From Hypanus sabinus (Eukaryota): a DNA stretch of 64,000 nt. The first letter of the stretch is position 1, and every line of letters starts with the position of its first letter. The position numbers and the translations under genes are program-made. The notes under the pieces are model-generated. The model did not search any database. It saw only the letters and a list, made by a program, of their open reading frames with translations, and was not told the origin of the DNA. Location: positions 21,080,001 to 21,144,000 of the forward strand of contig NC_082722.1 of NCBI RefSeq assembly GCF_030144855.1, read 5' to 3'. Of this stretch, positions 12,601 through 23,962 are shown piece by piece.

Positions 12601-15600
12601 TGATTGCTTTATTTGTTTATCACAGCAGTCAGGATTTCGCTCTGCCTACAATAGCCATCCCAAGTTGCCTGACTCCACTTCCCACGCCTATACCGACGTC
12701 AACGTTCTTGGCCTTCTCAAATTCTAGGTGAAGGACAATTCTAACGTGAAAAAATCGAAGGGCTTCTGCAGATACACTAATCATAAAGGGTTAGCGACAG
12801 GAAAAAAATGACCCATTTGAAGATCAGCGGGTTCAACAATGCATGGGGCTGAAAGACATGCCGGGGGGAAGGGGGTAGATCTGATACATTTCCATTTGTG
12901 TTTACCCCGGAGACGTACACAGTGAATATACAACAAAAGCAAACCAGAAGCAATGTTATGGCCCATATATGGATTAGAGCCCGGGGGCAAATTAGGGTGC
13001 AGAAGTCCCCAGAACATGGCAAGATGTCCCATCGGACCTCCTAGCAAGATAATGCAGAAAGTGAAAGGGTCTAGAAAGAGGTATTCAGAATGTCCTTACT
13101 CGCGGGTGAAGTGCCGGAAGACTACTGTATAACTAATGTTTTAAGACCATATGACGATTGGATATAGGAGCCGAATTATGCCATTTGGCCCACCAAGTTT
13201 GCACTGCCATTTCATCATAGCTGATATTTTCCTCTCAGCCCGAATCTCATGCCTTATCCCGCAGCTGTTCATGCCCTAACCAATCAAGAATCTATCACCT
13301 CTGTTTCAAATATCCATAAAGACTTGGCCGCCATAGCTGCTCTGGCAAAACAATTCCCCTTCATCTCCTTTTCGAAAGGATGTCACTCTATTCTGAGGCT
13401 GAGTCCTCTGGTCTTATATTCTCCCACCGTAAGAGACATCATCTCTACGTCCACACTATCAAGTACCTTCACATTTCAATAAGAGTCAATGCGGTCGCCC
13501 AGATTTATTCCCCTGAAAGTAGTGAAAATAGGCCCAGAGCCATCAAACCCTCTCATATGACTAGCTATTTAATTCTGGAATCATTGGTCTAAACCTCCTT
13601 TGAATCTTCTCCAGTTCAGCACATTCTTTCCAAGATAAGGGGTCTAAAACTGCTCACAATGTATCATGACGCACCAACAGTGCTTTATAAAGTCTCAACA
13701 TTGCATCCTGGTTATTCTATTTTAGTTCTCTTGAAATGAATGCTGCTATTGCTTTGGGTCCCTGTTCATAGTCTCAACCTGCAAATTAACCTGTATGGAA
13801 TACTACACACGCATTCCCAGGTCTCTTTGCACATTCATCTTTTTGTGTTTTCTATCCGGTTAGAAAATAGTCAAAACTTTCATACACTCTACCAAAATGC
13901 ATGACCTCACACTTCTCGACAGTGTATTCCTTCTGCCATTACTTTGCCTATTCTCCTAACCTTTCTAAGTGCTTCTGTCGCCTCTCTAATTCCAAAAAAA
14001 AACTACCTGCCTGTCCGCCTCTCTTAATATCGTCTGCAACAGAGCCATCAATTTCATCATCCATATCATTGACATATAACCTAAAAAGAATCAGTCACAG
14101 CACGGAACCCTGTGAAACACCATTAGTCAGGGGCAGCCAGCCAGAAAATTGCTCCCTTTATCCCCATTCTTTGCCTCTTACCAACCAGCCACTGCTTCAT
14201 CCCCCCTGCAAACTTTCCTGCAATACTTTGGGGTCGCAGGTTGTTGAACAGCCTTGTGCATGGTCCCTTGTCAAAGGCCTTCTGAAAATCCAAGTACACA
14301 ACAAATGATTCTACCTATCTTTATCTATGCTGCTTTCCATTCCTTCAAATAATTCATTTTGTCTGGCGAGAGTTTCCCTTCAAAATATCATGCTGACTAT
14401 GGACTGTCTTATTATGTGCCTCCAAGTAATCTAAGACCTGATCCTTAATAACGGAATCCAACACCTTGTCGACCAGCGGGATACACTGACTCACCTACAG
14501 TTTTGCTTTTCTGCCACTGTACCTGCTTGAAGAGTGGAGCGACATTTGCAATTTTCCAGTCTGTTAGGACTATTCTGGAATCTTGTAATTCTCGAAAGAT
14601 CTTGGCTAATGCTTCCACAATTTCATCAACAACATTTATCAGTATCCTGGGATGTACATCATCTGGACTGGGTGAGTTACCTCCCTTCAGATATGTCAGT
14701 CTCCCAAGAACTTGCTCTGCAATTATGTTTCAAGTTTTGTCGTTTTTCACGATATACTCCCGGAATAAGCCAGTATATTATAGACCAGTTGGTATTACAG
14801 AAAAGTGGGTCATTTATTGGAAGTTGTTGTAAAGAATGGTATAGATAAATATTTAGGTACACTGGCCTTTACTGGAAATAAACAACAAAATTTTGTGCAA
14901 GGTAGGTTGTGTCTAACCAATCTTAATGAGTTATAGAGCTGATTCCCATTGACCTTGATGAAGGATAACAGTGGATTAAGTCAACATGGATTTTAGCAAG
15001 GTCTTCGGAAAAGTTCTGCAATGGGGTGGTGGTCTGATCAGGTACGTTCGCTTGGCATTCAGGATGAAGAAGTAAGTTGTATCTAACGTTGGCTTCGCCG
15101 GAGAAGCCAGAGTATGGTAGCAGATAACTGTTCTTTGAACGATGGACTTTGATTCGTGTTGTGTCACATGGCTGTCAAGGATTGAAGGGGGTTATGGACC
15201 AGGTGGGCTGAAATTAGCAGATAGAATTTAATGAAGGTAATTGTAAGCTGTTGTTCAACCCTATCAAAATTTACTTTGAACTTGAGAGGTATTTGTTTCT
15301 CCCCATTTTGTATGGTGAAAGAAATATAGATTTTGCTAGTCCTGCTTGACAAACGTTGGAATGGCAACTTGCAGTGCATGCGACAAATTGTTACTTGATA
15401 TTGGAATTAACTCGTTTGGAGCCGGGTATTATTCCTCTCTACTTTTGATGCGGATATGGAGCATTGTAATGCTGCATACAGACTTTCTGATAAAGATTAT
15501 ATAAGTTTTCATATTTTGTGTCCTCTGTGATAACGAATCAAGCTATCCAATTCCAGCCATTCACATCAGTATGAATAGTATTTCGACCACTTGCTTGCAA

Positions 15601-16563
15601 AACAATCCTAACCTTGTTTGAAAAGTTGTATTCAAAGTACCTTCTCGATCATAAGGGTAAAGTCCAAAGATATCAGAAACCTTGGACACTAGTTTTAACT
15701 GGGAGATAGCTGAGGAACAGGGCTGGACTAACTGCAATGGGGAGAATTTGGAGTAGTACGGTACGATAAACAGAATTAATTCTATAAAGCTCTTTAATTC
15801 TATAAAGGTGCCACATAAAATGTGATTAATTCTTCGGTTCTTTATAATTCTGAACTTAGAACATCTGGTCTGAGGAGTATTTAAACGTGGAAATCATATG
15901 TACTCCCGCCGTTTGTTTTATCAAATAGATATATTTTATCCCTGTCTCTAAGTTTGATGTAAAATGCACAGAGCTGAAAATCTCCAAACAGCCACACTCA
16001 CCGAACACAGTGAGCCTGGAGCCACTTCCTCTCCCGAGAAATCTTCCTTGAATCTTTGCTTCACAGTAATACATTCCGGAGTCAGCGACTGTGACATTCC
16101 AGAGCACAAGTGTTCCCCTTCCCCTCTTTTTAGTAAATTGTCTTCTGCTGTCCCATTGTAAAGATGGGTTGTCGCCTTCCCTCCACCAAAGAACGTCAAC
16201 AGTATCTTGCAATAGTGGAAATTTGCATTTCATGGTAACATTCGCACCTCCCGGGACGGTCAGGTCCGGAGGGAACTGAGATACTTCGCACGCACTTACT
16301 TTGGCGGCTGCCGTAAAAATAATCAAGATTATTAATAACAGTTAAACGCAGTGAATTAACAAAATCGAAAGACGTAAGCACTGGACATCTAAAAGACAAA
16401 GACGGCCGAATAGCTGAAACGTGTAAACAAATATGCCGCGGGCTCCCAGAGTTAAATATTCTATAAGAGAATATTCAGTTCGGAAGCGGCTGGAATAAAT
16501 CAGCATACTTAGCCAAGTTATAGCCTGAAGTGCCATGTACGAAACCGTGAATTTATCCGACAT
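9445..16563 (-). CDS. Copy A: non-rearranging V(J)-C1-TM IgSF receptor with putative ITIM tail (NKp30/SIRP/VJ-C1-like), multi-exon
   Basis: Exons 16563-16509, 16307-16002, 11671-11378, 10766-10668 and 10075-10032 have canonical AG/GT sites and compatible phases, giving 266 uninterrupted codons. The 3' end (about 9613-9445) is less certain. Family assignment is by motif only. Confidence 0.85.
10032..10075 (-). CDS. Copy A first cytoplasmic exon (GFNGSSLDKCQNEEQ)
   Basis: Strong ttttacttttcttaag| acceptor and CAG|GTAGGT donor; 44 nt; open in the phase 1 left by the TM exon. Confidence 0.7.
10668..10766 (-). CDS. Copy A transmembrane exon (GSDTKFILACAAGGTTILALIIVLVIVKLNKSH)
   Basis: ttgattcaccag| acceptor and G|GTAAGG donor; 99 nt; 22-residue uncharged hydrophobic stretch followed by basic residues. 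Same length as the copy B exon. Confidence 0.9.
11378..11671 (-). CDS. Copy A Ig C1-set exon
   Basis: tttttattcaag| acceptor and G|GTAATG donor; 294 nt. C1-set hallmarks: LLCKTAAFYPEKLEIVW, LYEASSLLEI, YICLVSH. Confidence 0.95.
13290..15330. mobile_element. Old CR1 fragments in the V-C1 intron (shared with the copy B intron, about 59380-60960)
   Basis: Frameshifted RT-like fragments, mirrored in the right arm. Confidence 0.7.
16002..16307 (-). CDS. Copy A V(J) exon
   Basis: tttttacggcag| acceptor and G|GTGAGT donor; 306 nt. Contains VSQxP, Cys(B), WW, LxLxNVTVADSGMYYC and the J-like GRGSGSRLTV in one exon. Confidence 0.95.
16509..16563 (-). CDS. Copy A leader exon (MSDKFTVSYMALQAITWL)
   Basis: ATG with A at -3; 55 nt ending A|GTATGC (phase 1); 201-bp intron to the V exon. 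Splicing gives ...WLTAKVSA|CEVSQ, a plausible signal peptide. Conserved in copy B. Confidence 0.7.
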
Positions 16564-16640
16564 CTTACAGAAAGCGTATCGACCGATTCCTGCAATGCAA
16601 GTGGTATTTTAAAGAATTTGTTGGAGGAAAAGGTCTTCGT

Positions 16641-16707
16641 GAGGAAATGTATTAATCATGTAAAAATGACGTAGGATGACGCCACCGCAATGCAGAATAA
16701 TGTGGTT
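16641..16707 (-). promoter_or_regulatory. Copy A proximal promoter motif cluster (RUNX x2, CRE half-sites x2, ETS)
   Basis: On the plus strand: GAGGAA 16641-46, TGACGTA 16667-73, TGACG 16677-81, ACCGCA 16684-89, TGTGGTT 16701-07. About 80-145 bp upstream of the leader ATG. Confidence 0.45.
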
Positions 16708-17214
16708 CAGATTTAAAATCTGCCTGAGCTGGGAGGAAAATAAGAAATCTTATAGTTCTAATATTTTGCATGGCCTCCCTAGTACTTTCGTGATAATGCT
16801 GGAAATTTTCCTGTCTTGCTGAATTCAGGAATTATTCAAATCTCTATTGAGATATAAATTCAAAACTGCACTCTACGCATTTTGATAGTAAACATGAAAT
16901 CCCGCTTGGGAGTTGAAATATGTCTAATAAGATAGGAGGACAAACTAATATCAATATCTCTTCATTTCAATTTATATTTGCAGTTTTGCTCCATTTCAAT
17001 CATATTCCTTCAGTGAAATAGCACCGTGCTGGTTTCTCTGCAAAAGCAGTTGCGCCCTTACGGCAAAAAGAGGTTTGAAGCCGCGACGTGTAGGGGCGGG
17101 GTTACATATAATTTAAATGCTGCAGATTTATGAAACAAAAGCATATAATGTGAAAACTCCGCGAATTAATTCCAGTTACAGATTTCAGGTTTTTTTTTTC
17201 CTCAAAGTAAGCGG

Positions 17215-17525
17215 CATAATACTCAGGCAACACACACAAAGTGCTTGTGGAACCCAGCAGCCAGGCAGCATCTGTAGGAAGAAGTACAGTCGACGTTTCG
17301 GGCCGAAGCCTTTCGTCAGGACTAACTGAAAGAAGAGATAGTAAGAGATTCGAAAGTGGGTGAGCGAGGGGAGGTTCCGAAATGATTGGAAAAGACAGGG
17401 CCGTGAGGGATTAAGCTGAGAGCTGGAAAATTGATTGGCAAAATGGATACACAGCTGGAGAGGGAGAGGACCATGGTCCTGACGATGTGTTACTTGAATT
17501 TCCAGCATCTGCAGACTTCTTAGTG
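17215..17525 (-). mobile_element. Penelope-like pseudo-LTR fragment
   Basis: Matches other pLTR copies in the window and contains a hammerhead core. The paralog at about 56975-57240 has lost the 5' half of the core. Confidence 0.75.
17288..17323 (-). ncRNA. Minimal type I hammerhead ribozyme motif
   Basis: AGTC-CTGACGA-A-AGGC(TTCG)GCCC-GAAAC-GTC^GACT: complete core, stem I AGTC/GACT, GUC cleavage triplet and palindromic ACGT stem III. Confidence 0.7.
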
Positions 17526-18814
17526 TTTCCACTCATAATATCTAGGTTCCTTACTGGCTGAAGTGACCAGCTTGATCGAAGAAATCAGCGAAAAGCAGCA
17601 GCAAATGCTGTCTGGGATAGAAATAGATTCAGCGTATAGGACGTTCATCATATAGAGAACTTAGAGTTCAAACAGCAAGTTATTCCGTTTAATGATGACG
17701 GTGATTCAAGAGATACTGCGATAAAATCTATAAAGAGCGCATCATCGAGGAAGCCTCAAATGATTGATTGCAGTTCCGAGGCTCCAATTGAAATCCAATA
17801 AACACGAGCAGTTGCGTTGCGGGAAATGCTGTTCATTCAAATATCTCCTATATTCCCACAAAGTAAGCGGGAGACAATAGCACAGTCCATTGAGCAAGAA
17901 AATAAATTAATCTGGCAGGGCATAAATAGTCATTTATAAAATGACAACACAGAATATTCAAACCCATTTTGGTTGGCGATGAAACAATACTTAGCTTCCA
18001 TGTGCTTCCTCCGAACGGAGTTAAGATTCTGACTACCATGTCAAACGCCTCGATATTTTGAACAGTTAAGTTTCCTAATTTCCACGAAGTGGTTGGGATT
18101 GTATGCTGTTTTCACAGGTGCTTTGTCAGCATTATTAAATTGTATCTCCTGTCCTCTCAGATCTGAAATTATGTAGCTGCTTGGGACCTAGTGCTGTTCA
18201 TAGGTAACACATAATTGTTTATTGGATCCCACGGAATGTAATTGAGTTCTTTTTGTTCAGGAGTTCAGCCGGGAGAGGATATGGATATTGTGAACGTTAT
18301 TTTGCTGTGGATCTGGAGACTATTCTAATGAGAGACAGCTTAGTTTTACGTTACAGGCAATTTGTGATGGTGAATACAAAAATATATATGTAGCAAAAAA
18401 CATTATTTCCAGAAGGTACGTTTTCCGTTGAGATTTCTGCCTTGACTTTCATTTTTCTCGACAGAGAAATGCTAAAGATGTGAGTACTGCGATTAGTTCC
18501 CTATGAACAACTCTCTGTTCTCCATTAGTCCATTCTTCATGGTGTGTAAGAATGGAACAGTTACTTGGACCGATTACTAAGCAATTTAAAATAAGTTGGC
18601 TGATTAAATCCTGGCCTCGTTTGAGAACGGTTGGGATTGTAGGGGTAGATCTTAGGTAACAATTTAATAAGACTGCTGATACATTTTTTTTTGTTTTAAG
18701 TGCTTTAGAGATAAATTCTGCAGCTCTATATTTTCTACAGCATATATTTTTTCAGCGTTAACTGGGGCGGAAAAGCACAAGAAAGTATAAGACGCTTTAG
18801 AAATAAAAATAAAC

Positions 18815-19095
18815 ATACAGCACAATGCACGCCCTCCGGCCCACAAAGTTGTGCCGAACATGTCCTTACCTTAAAAGTTACGTAGGTTTACCCATAGCCC
18901 TCTATTTTCTAAGTTCTATGTAACTATCTAGGATACTGTTAAAATACTCTATTATATCCGTCTCCACCACCGTCACCGGCAGCCCATTCCATGCTCTCAC
19001 CTTCCGCTGTGTAAAAAAAACTTACTCCTGTCATCACCTCTGTAGCTACTTCCAAACACCTTAAATCTGTGCCCTCTCGTGCGAGCCATTCACTC
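18815..19095 (-). mobile_element. CR1 3' end fragment
   Basis: Reverse-oriented CR1 3' UTR (aacatacagcac...ggcccacaaagttgtgccg). Confidence 0.75.
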
Positions 19096-20105
19096 CTTGC
19101 TAGAAGGCCTTCCGTTATTTTTAAGCACTTCATTTATTGTTTATCTATTTCAAATGCTTGAATACATGACAAACTCAGAAAAAAATCAAGATGATTTTAA
19201 ACGTTGAGCAGAGCTCTGGTTAGGCCAAAGGATTGAGTGTAAATCTAGATTTCTAATTTATGACACAATTTTATACCCCGCACGAGATAATCCTTTATAA
19301 TATCGCGCCTTTAAATGCCTCTGCTTTCATTACAAACATATTCCGAAATGTTTTCAACAAAGTTCTTTTAGGATAAACGTTTTATCTGAATGTTCATTAT
19401 TCTTTAATGGATAAAAAGTAGCTTAATTGGAGTTAGTTGACTGCAAAATTAAAGCTATTGTTTGCTACTACTGAGTGGAAGACATAGTAAACACTGAGCA
19501 AGCGGCTACCGTGAAAAATAGTGTGAACTCTTCAAGTTGCTAATTTTTCACAATGGCATGAAGAGAACTGATTTGCATTTTCCTCCTTTCAAATAAGGTT
19601 CCCAATATTTTCTGCTTAATTTCGGATTGCAAACATCTGCAATGCAGTTTAATTACCCTGCATTAATTATCCTGCTTTCCAGTTAATGATCTAACGATAT
19701 TGGCCGAATGCAAAGCAACATGACTTTACTTCACACTTCATTCGAGTCTTTAAAAGTATCTTCAGATAAAAAGGCAACTCTCGACATTGCAACTTCATGT
19801 AGTGTTGTCTATTTTCCTTGTTCCCTTAACACTGTTTTTAATATAAAATGGACGAGTACAGCACAGGAATGTGACTTTCGGCCAAGTAACCTGTTGTGAA
19901 CACTATGTCAAAGTAAACTGAATATCTACTAGCTGCGGTCACTCATTTAATTAATAAGAAAGGAAAATGTTTTCCCCCGGCATCGGTTTACAACGTCCTT
20001 TAATCTACAAAGAAATTGTTTTCCATTCAATGTTCTCAGAGAATGACTGACAAATAAATATCAGCTATTTAGCAGTTTTTAGGGATTGTTTCGAGTTTTT
20101 ATTTC

Positions 20106-20500
20106 CAGAATGAACATGCCACAAAAACAGGAAGGATAGACATTGCAGCATAACTTTAAAAACATCCAGCTGACAGAAGCAAGACATCAGATAAGTTACT
20201 TAAATTAAACTTATTGACCTACTGTTAACCGTCGTTTGATAACACGAGCTGTCTACTACATACAGGTTTCAGAGAGATGAAGTATTTGACCACAAATTTT
20301 CCATGATGTCACCAGCAGTGTCGCGAGTGCAATTATATTTTCAGGTGGTGTATTAGTTCCCATAAACAGTAGGTACAAATGCTTTCTTGGTAAACTGACA
20401 GATGGATTAAAATTCTATTCTGAACATCTTTTTTTTATAGAAAACTTGCAGAAGCTGACATGCAAATATTCGTATTGGTGAATTATAAACAGGAAGTGAA
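20106..20500 (-). promoter_or_regulatory. Orphan lymphoid-type promoter module plus leader-like 46-nt exon with non-canonical donor
   Basis: RUNX TGACCACA 20287-94, TTCC 20299-302, TGATGTCA 20304-11, octamer ATGCAAAT 20460-67, CAGGAAGT at about 20490. ATG at 20151 encodes MLQCLSFLFLWHVHS, followed by G|GAAATA. Confidence 0.4.
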
Positions 20501-21129
20501 TATATATCTGTCTGGAGAGGATATGAAACTTCAACGGACCTGAACAAGTGCAGCTGGACTTTCAAATGGGCAGATAAAATAGGAAATGAAAACACAAGAA
20601 TGTACTCACTTCTTTCGATTTTAATTTAATTGCTTGGATTCATAATTCACGAATGTGGGTTTAGAAGTTCTGAAACACAATTCTGAGAAAAGAAGGAAAA
20701 TTGAAGTATTAATTCTGTTGATCTACTTGTACATACTTACATGATTTGCTGGATATTCTGTGCATTCGACATTCAATAGTCTAGCAAGGTGGATCATTAA
20801 TCTTTTGTTATATATTCTATTAGGGTATGTAATATTCATTTAATATGCAATTATATTCCGTTTCTCATTCTACCATATTCCGTAAGGGTCCTGATTCCCC
20901 CACAGGTGTAAATGTTCCGTGAGCTGAGTATGCCATTTGGAACAACTTTCAACTGCTGAGGCAGCTGACGTGACAGAAGGTTTGGAGAGGTCAAGCTAGG
21001 TACAGATGCTAGAGGGTGATAAGCAGAAAGGAAAAGTTTAGGGCTCTGCAATCTAACAAATAAAAGAGCGAGATAGTGAGGACAATTAGCGGAGAGGCAA
21101 AAGGCCGATTGGGCCAGGGCAAGTTGGGG

Positions 21130-22335
21130 GAAGGGGAAAGCTTTGTGTGAAATGTATGTGTCGTGGATGGATGGAACCACTGGGTAGCAAAGTTTTTCGA
21201 AAATGTTGGTTCTTGAGATGTGGATGAGATAAACTGCTTATTCAGAAACTCAAAAGGCATGGGATCCAGGGAAGTTTGGCCAAGTGGATTCAGAATTGGC
21301 CTGCTGGTAGAAAGCAGAGGGTTGTGGTGGAGGGAGTTCATTCAGGATGGAGGGTTGTGCCTAGTAGTGTTCTGGGATCTGTTCTGGGACATCTACTATT
21401 CGTGATTTTTATTAACGACCTAGATATGGGAGTAGAAGGGTAGGTTGGCAAGTTTGCAGAAAGTACAAAGGTTGGTGGCGTTGTAGATGGTGTTGAGGAT
21501 TGTCGAAGACTGCAGAGAGACATTGATAGGATACAGAAGTGGGCTGAGCATTGGTAGATGTAGTTCAACCCGGAGAAGTGTGAGGTGGTACACATTGGAA
21601 GGATAAACTCAAAGGCAGAGTGCAAGGTAAATGGCAGGATACCTGGTAGTGTGGAGGAGCAGAGGGATCTTGGGGTACATGCCCACGTATCCCTGAAAGT
21701 TGCCTCACAGGTAGATAGGGTCGTTAAGAAAGCTTATGGGGTGTTAGCTTTCATAAGTCCAGGGATAGAGTTTAAGAGACGCGATGTAATGATGCGGCTC
21801 TATAAAACTCTAGTTAGGCCACACTTGGAGTACTGTGTCCCGTTCTGGTCGGCTCAGTGGAGGAAGTATGTGGAAGCATTGGAAAGGGTACAGAGGAGAT
21901 TTACCAAGATGCTGCCTGGTTTGGACAGAATGGATTATGATCAGAGATTAAGGGAGCTAGGGTTTTCTTCTTTGGAGGGAAGGGGGATGAGAGGAGGCAT
22001 GGTAGAGGTGTACAGGATATTAAGAGGAATAGACGGAGTAGACAGCCAGCGCTTCTTCTTCAGGGCACCACTGCTTAGTACAAGAAGACATGGCTTTAAG
22101 GCAAGGGGAGGGAAGATCAAGGGCGAATGTTTTTCACTCAGAGAGTGGTTGGTGTGTCGAATGCATTGCCTGAGTCAGTGGGGAGGCAGATACACTAGTG
22201 AAGTTTAAGAGACTACTAGACAGGTATATGGAGGAATTTAATGTGGGGGTTATATGGGAGGAAGGGTTTGAGGATCGGAACAAAATTGTGGGCCGAAGGG
22301 CCTGTTATGTGCTGTAATGTTCTATGTTCCAAGTT
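21130..22335 (+). mobile_element. CR1 LINE, 5'-truncated
   Basis: 207-aa ORF 21585-22208 with DLGV, LYKTLVRPHLEYC and VQRRFT; ends in a ttctatg repeat tail. Confidence 0.92.
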
Positions 22336-22389
22336 CTATGCCATATAAGCTGGATAGAAGGGTCATTTCACATTACTTGTGTAAGGTAG

Positions 22390-23962
22390 AAAATTGGAGA
22401 AACGAGGCATAAACTTTTTTTGAATATAAAGCGTTTAATTGTATAATGGTAATGACACCTGGCAATAATTCAACTAAGCTAAAATATGTTCTGAAGATTT
22501 CCGTTAATATTCAATGCCTGAGGCTTCTTGCATAAGTGTCCAACAATAATCTGCCAGCATTGATGGATTGCAGCTGCCTTGATACTTTTTTTTCATATCC
22601 GCAATCTCCTTCTGAATCCATTCATCATGCTCGTTAGGAACCGGAGCAATACCTGCATGGAAGAAGTCTAAATGGGAATGCAGTAAAATGATGTTTTACT
22701 GACTTTCTGTACTTCTTGGTTTTGTATGCTTGAAGTATGTTGTCAAACAGCTCTGTAATTGTCAATAATACTTCAACGACATCCTTGAACACCTTCCACG
22801 GGATTTTCTCCAGGCCCTATAGATGTTCTTCGTATGGGATGCCATTGATGACTTTTTTGAGATGCGGACCAACATAAAATGCCTTCCTTAATTTTCGAAT
22901 CAGTTAGTCTGGGGAAAATCTCTCTCGAATATCGAAAACATCCACAGAAATTCTTGTACCTGGAGACAACAGATTTCATCCTTGTAGTTTTAAACCTACG
23001 ATTTCTGCTTTTCACTTTGACAAACACAAATCTCTGATCAAGTCATTTAACTCAGATTGAGTATCACAAGAGGCAATGTCGACATTAAGAGTTCAAAATC
23101 TGTATTGGTGTCAGTGTCGTTTTTCCATCCCTGCCTCTCACACATTTTCATCTTCCTCTGCCTCCTCGACACTCCATGTCTCTGGTGGCTTCAGCACTGC
23201 AAGATTAACATCGTGTGGTACAGGTCTCGATGCTGAAAGCATGTATCGGTGTTCACTCGATTTCTTGTTTATAACAGAGAAACCAGCCACACTGGTCAGA
23301 TAGAACTCGCTCTCGCTATATCAGCGGTACCACGAATGCTGTTGTCTTCCGACTATCACTGAGCCAATCTCTCAGATCGATAACGCCTGTTGAGCAACAA
23401 ATATGTAGGGCCCAGGCATAGAGTTCGTTGCCAATCTTACACTCAAAGTGGAATTCATAGGCTTCCTTAGTAAGAAGAGTCAAACTCCGAGGTTGATATT
23501 TAAGCTTATACTCGCCACAAGTATAGCAGAAAGCATCGCAGTTGATGCAACATTGGCGATACATCTTGCTTTCACAAATAATGCTGAAAATAAATCAACT
23601 TGATTCTCACGAATACACACAATATGCTCTGCCCGCCTTCGTAGGAACATGATTACTGACCGCTGTACACTTCAGCGCAACGCATAGAACAGAGTGCGTG
23701 TGATGATTTTATGATATTTCTAAAACCTGTCCTGCCATGCAGCACCAGCCCTGCCTAATGCCCCGACAAGGAGAAAACTTTTCAGCCTACTTTGTGGGCA
23801 ACCATTTAATTGACTTGAATTATGAATTGAAATACCATATATAGACGATTCAAAAAATGATACGTGACAGGGAAACTTCATGGTGACTTTCATGATGAGT
23901 AGCACACAATCCATAACAAAAACCTGGAAGTATTCAAGATGCAAAATCTTTGTTGTCCTGTG
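22390..23962 (-). mobile_element. Chapaev3-like (CMC superfamily) DNA transposon relic
   Basis: N-terminal DAFCYTCGEY...WALHICCST; C-terminal KIKEGI, HLDFF and MLADYCW motifs; 5' end CACAGGACAACAAAGATTTT. Internally deleted and frameshifted. Family call is from recall. Confidence 0.6.

Larger units (their letters stand above)
10130..18820. repeat. Left arm, block 1, of large inverted duplication (pairs with about 55340-64000)
   Basis: Continuous reverse-complement similarity across exons, introns and shared repeat fragments. Confidence 0.9.

Noticed and set aside
16006-16012. Perfect RSS heptamer CACAGTG inside the J-like segment of copy A, where copy B's deletion also falls
   Set aside because: It is simply the codons for L-T-V. 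There is no nonamer at 12 or 23 spacing (CTTCCTCTC, GAGAAATCT), and the copy B break is inside the heptamer rather than at its border.
16342-16563. 73-aa ORF (and 61-aa paralog at 58129-58314) as an independent small gene
   Set aside because: Better explained as the leader exon read through into the L-V intron; the paralog stop differs.
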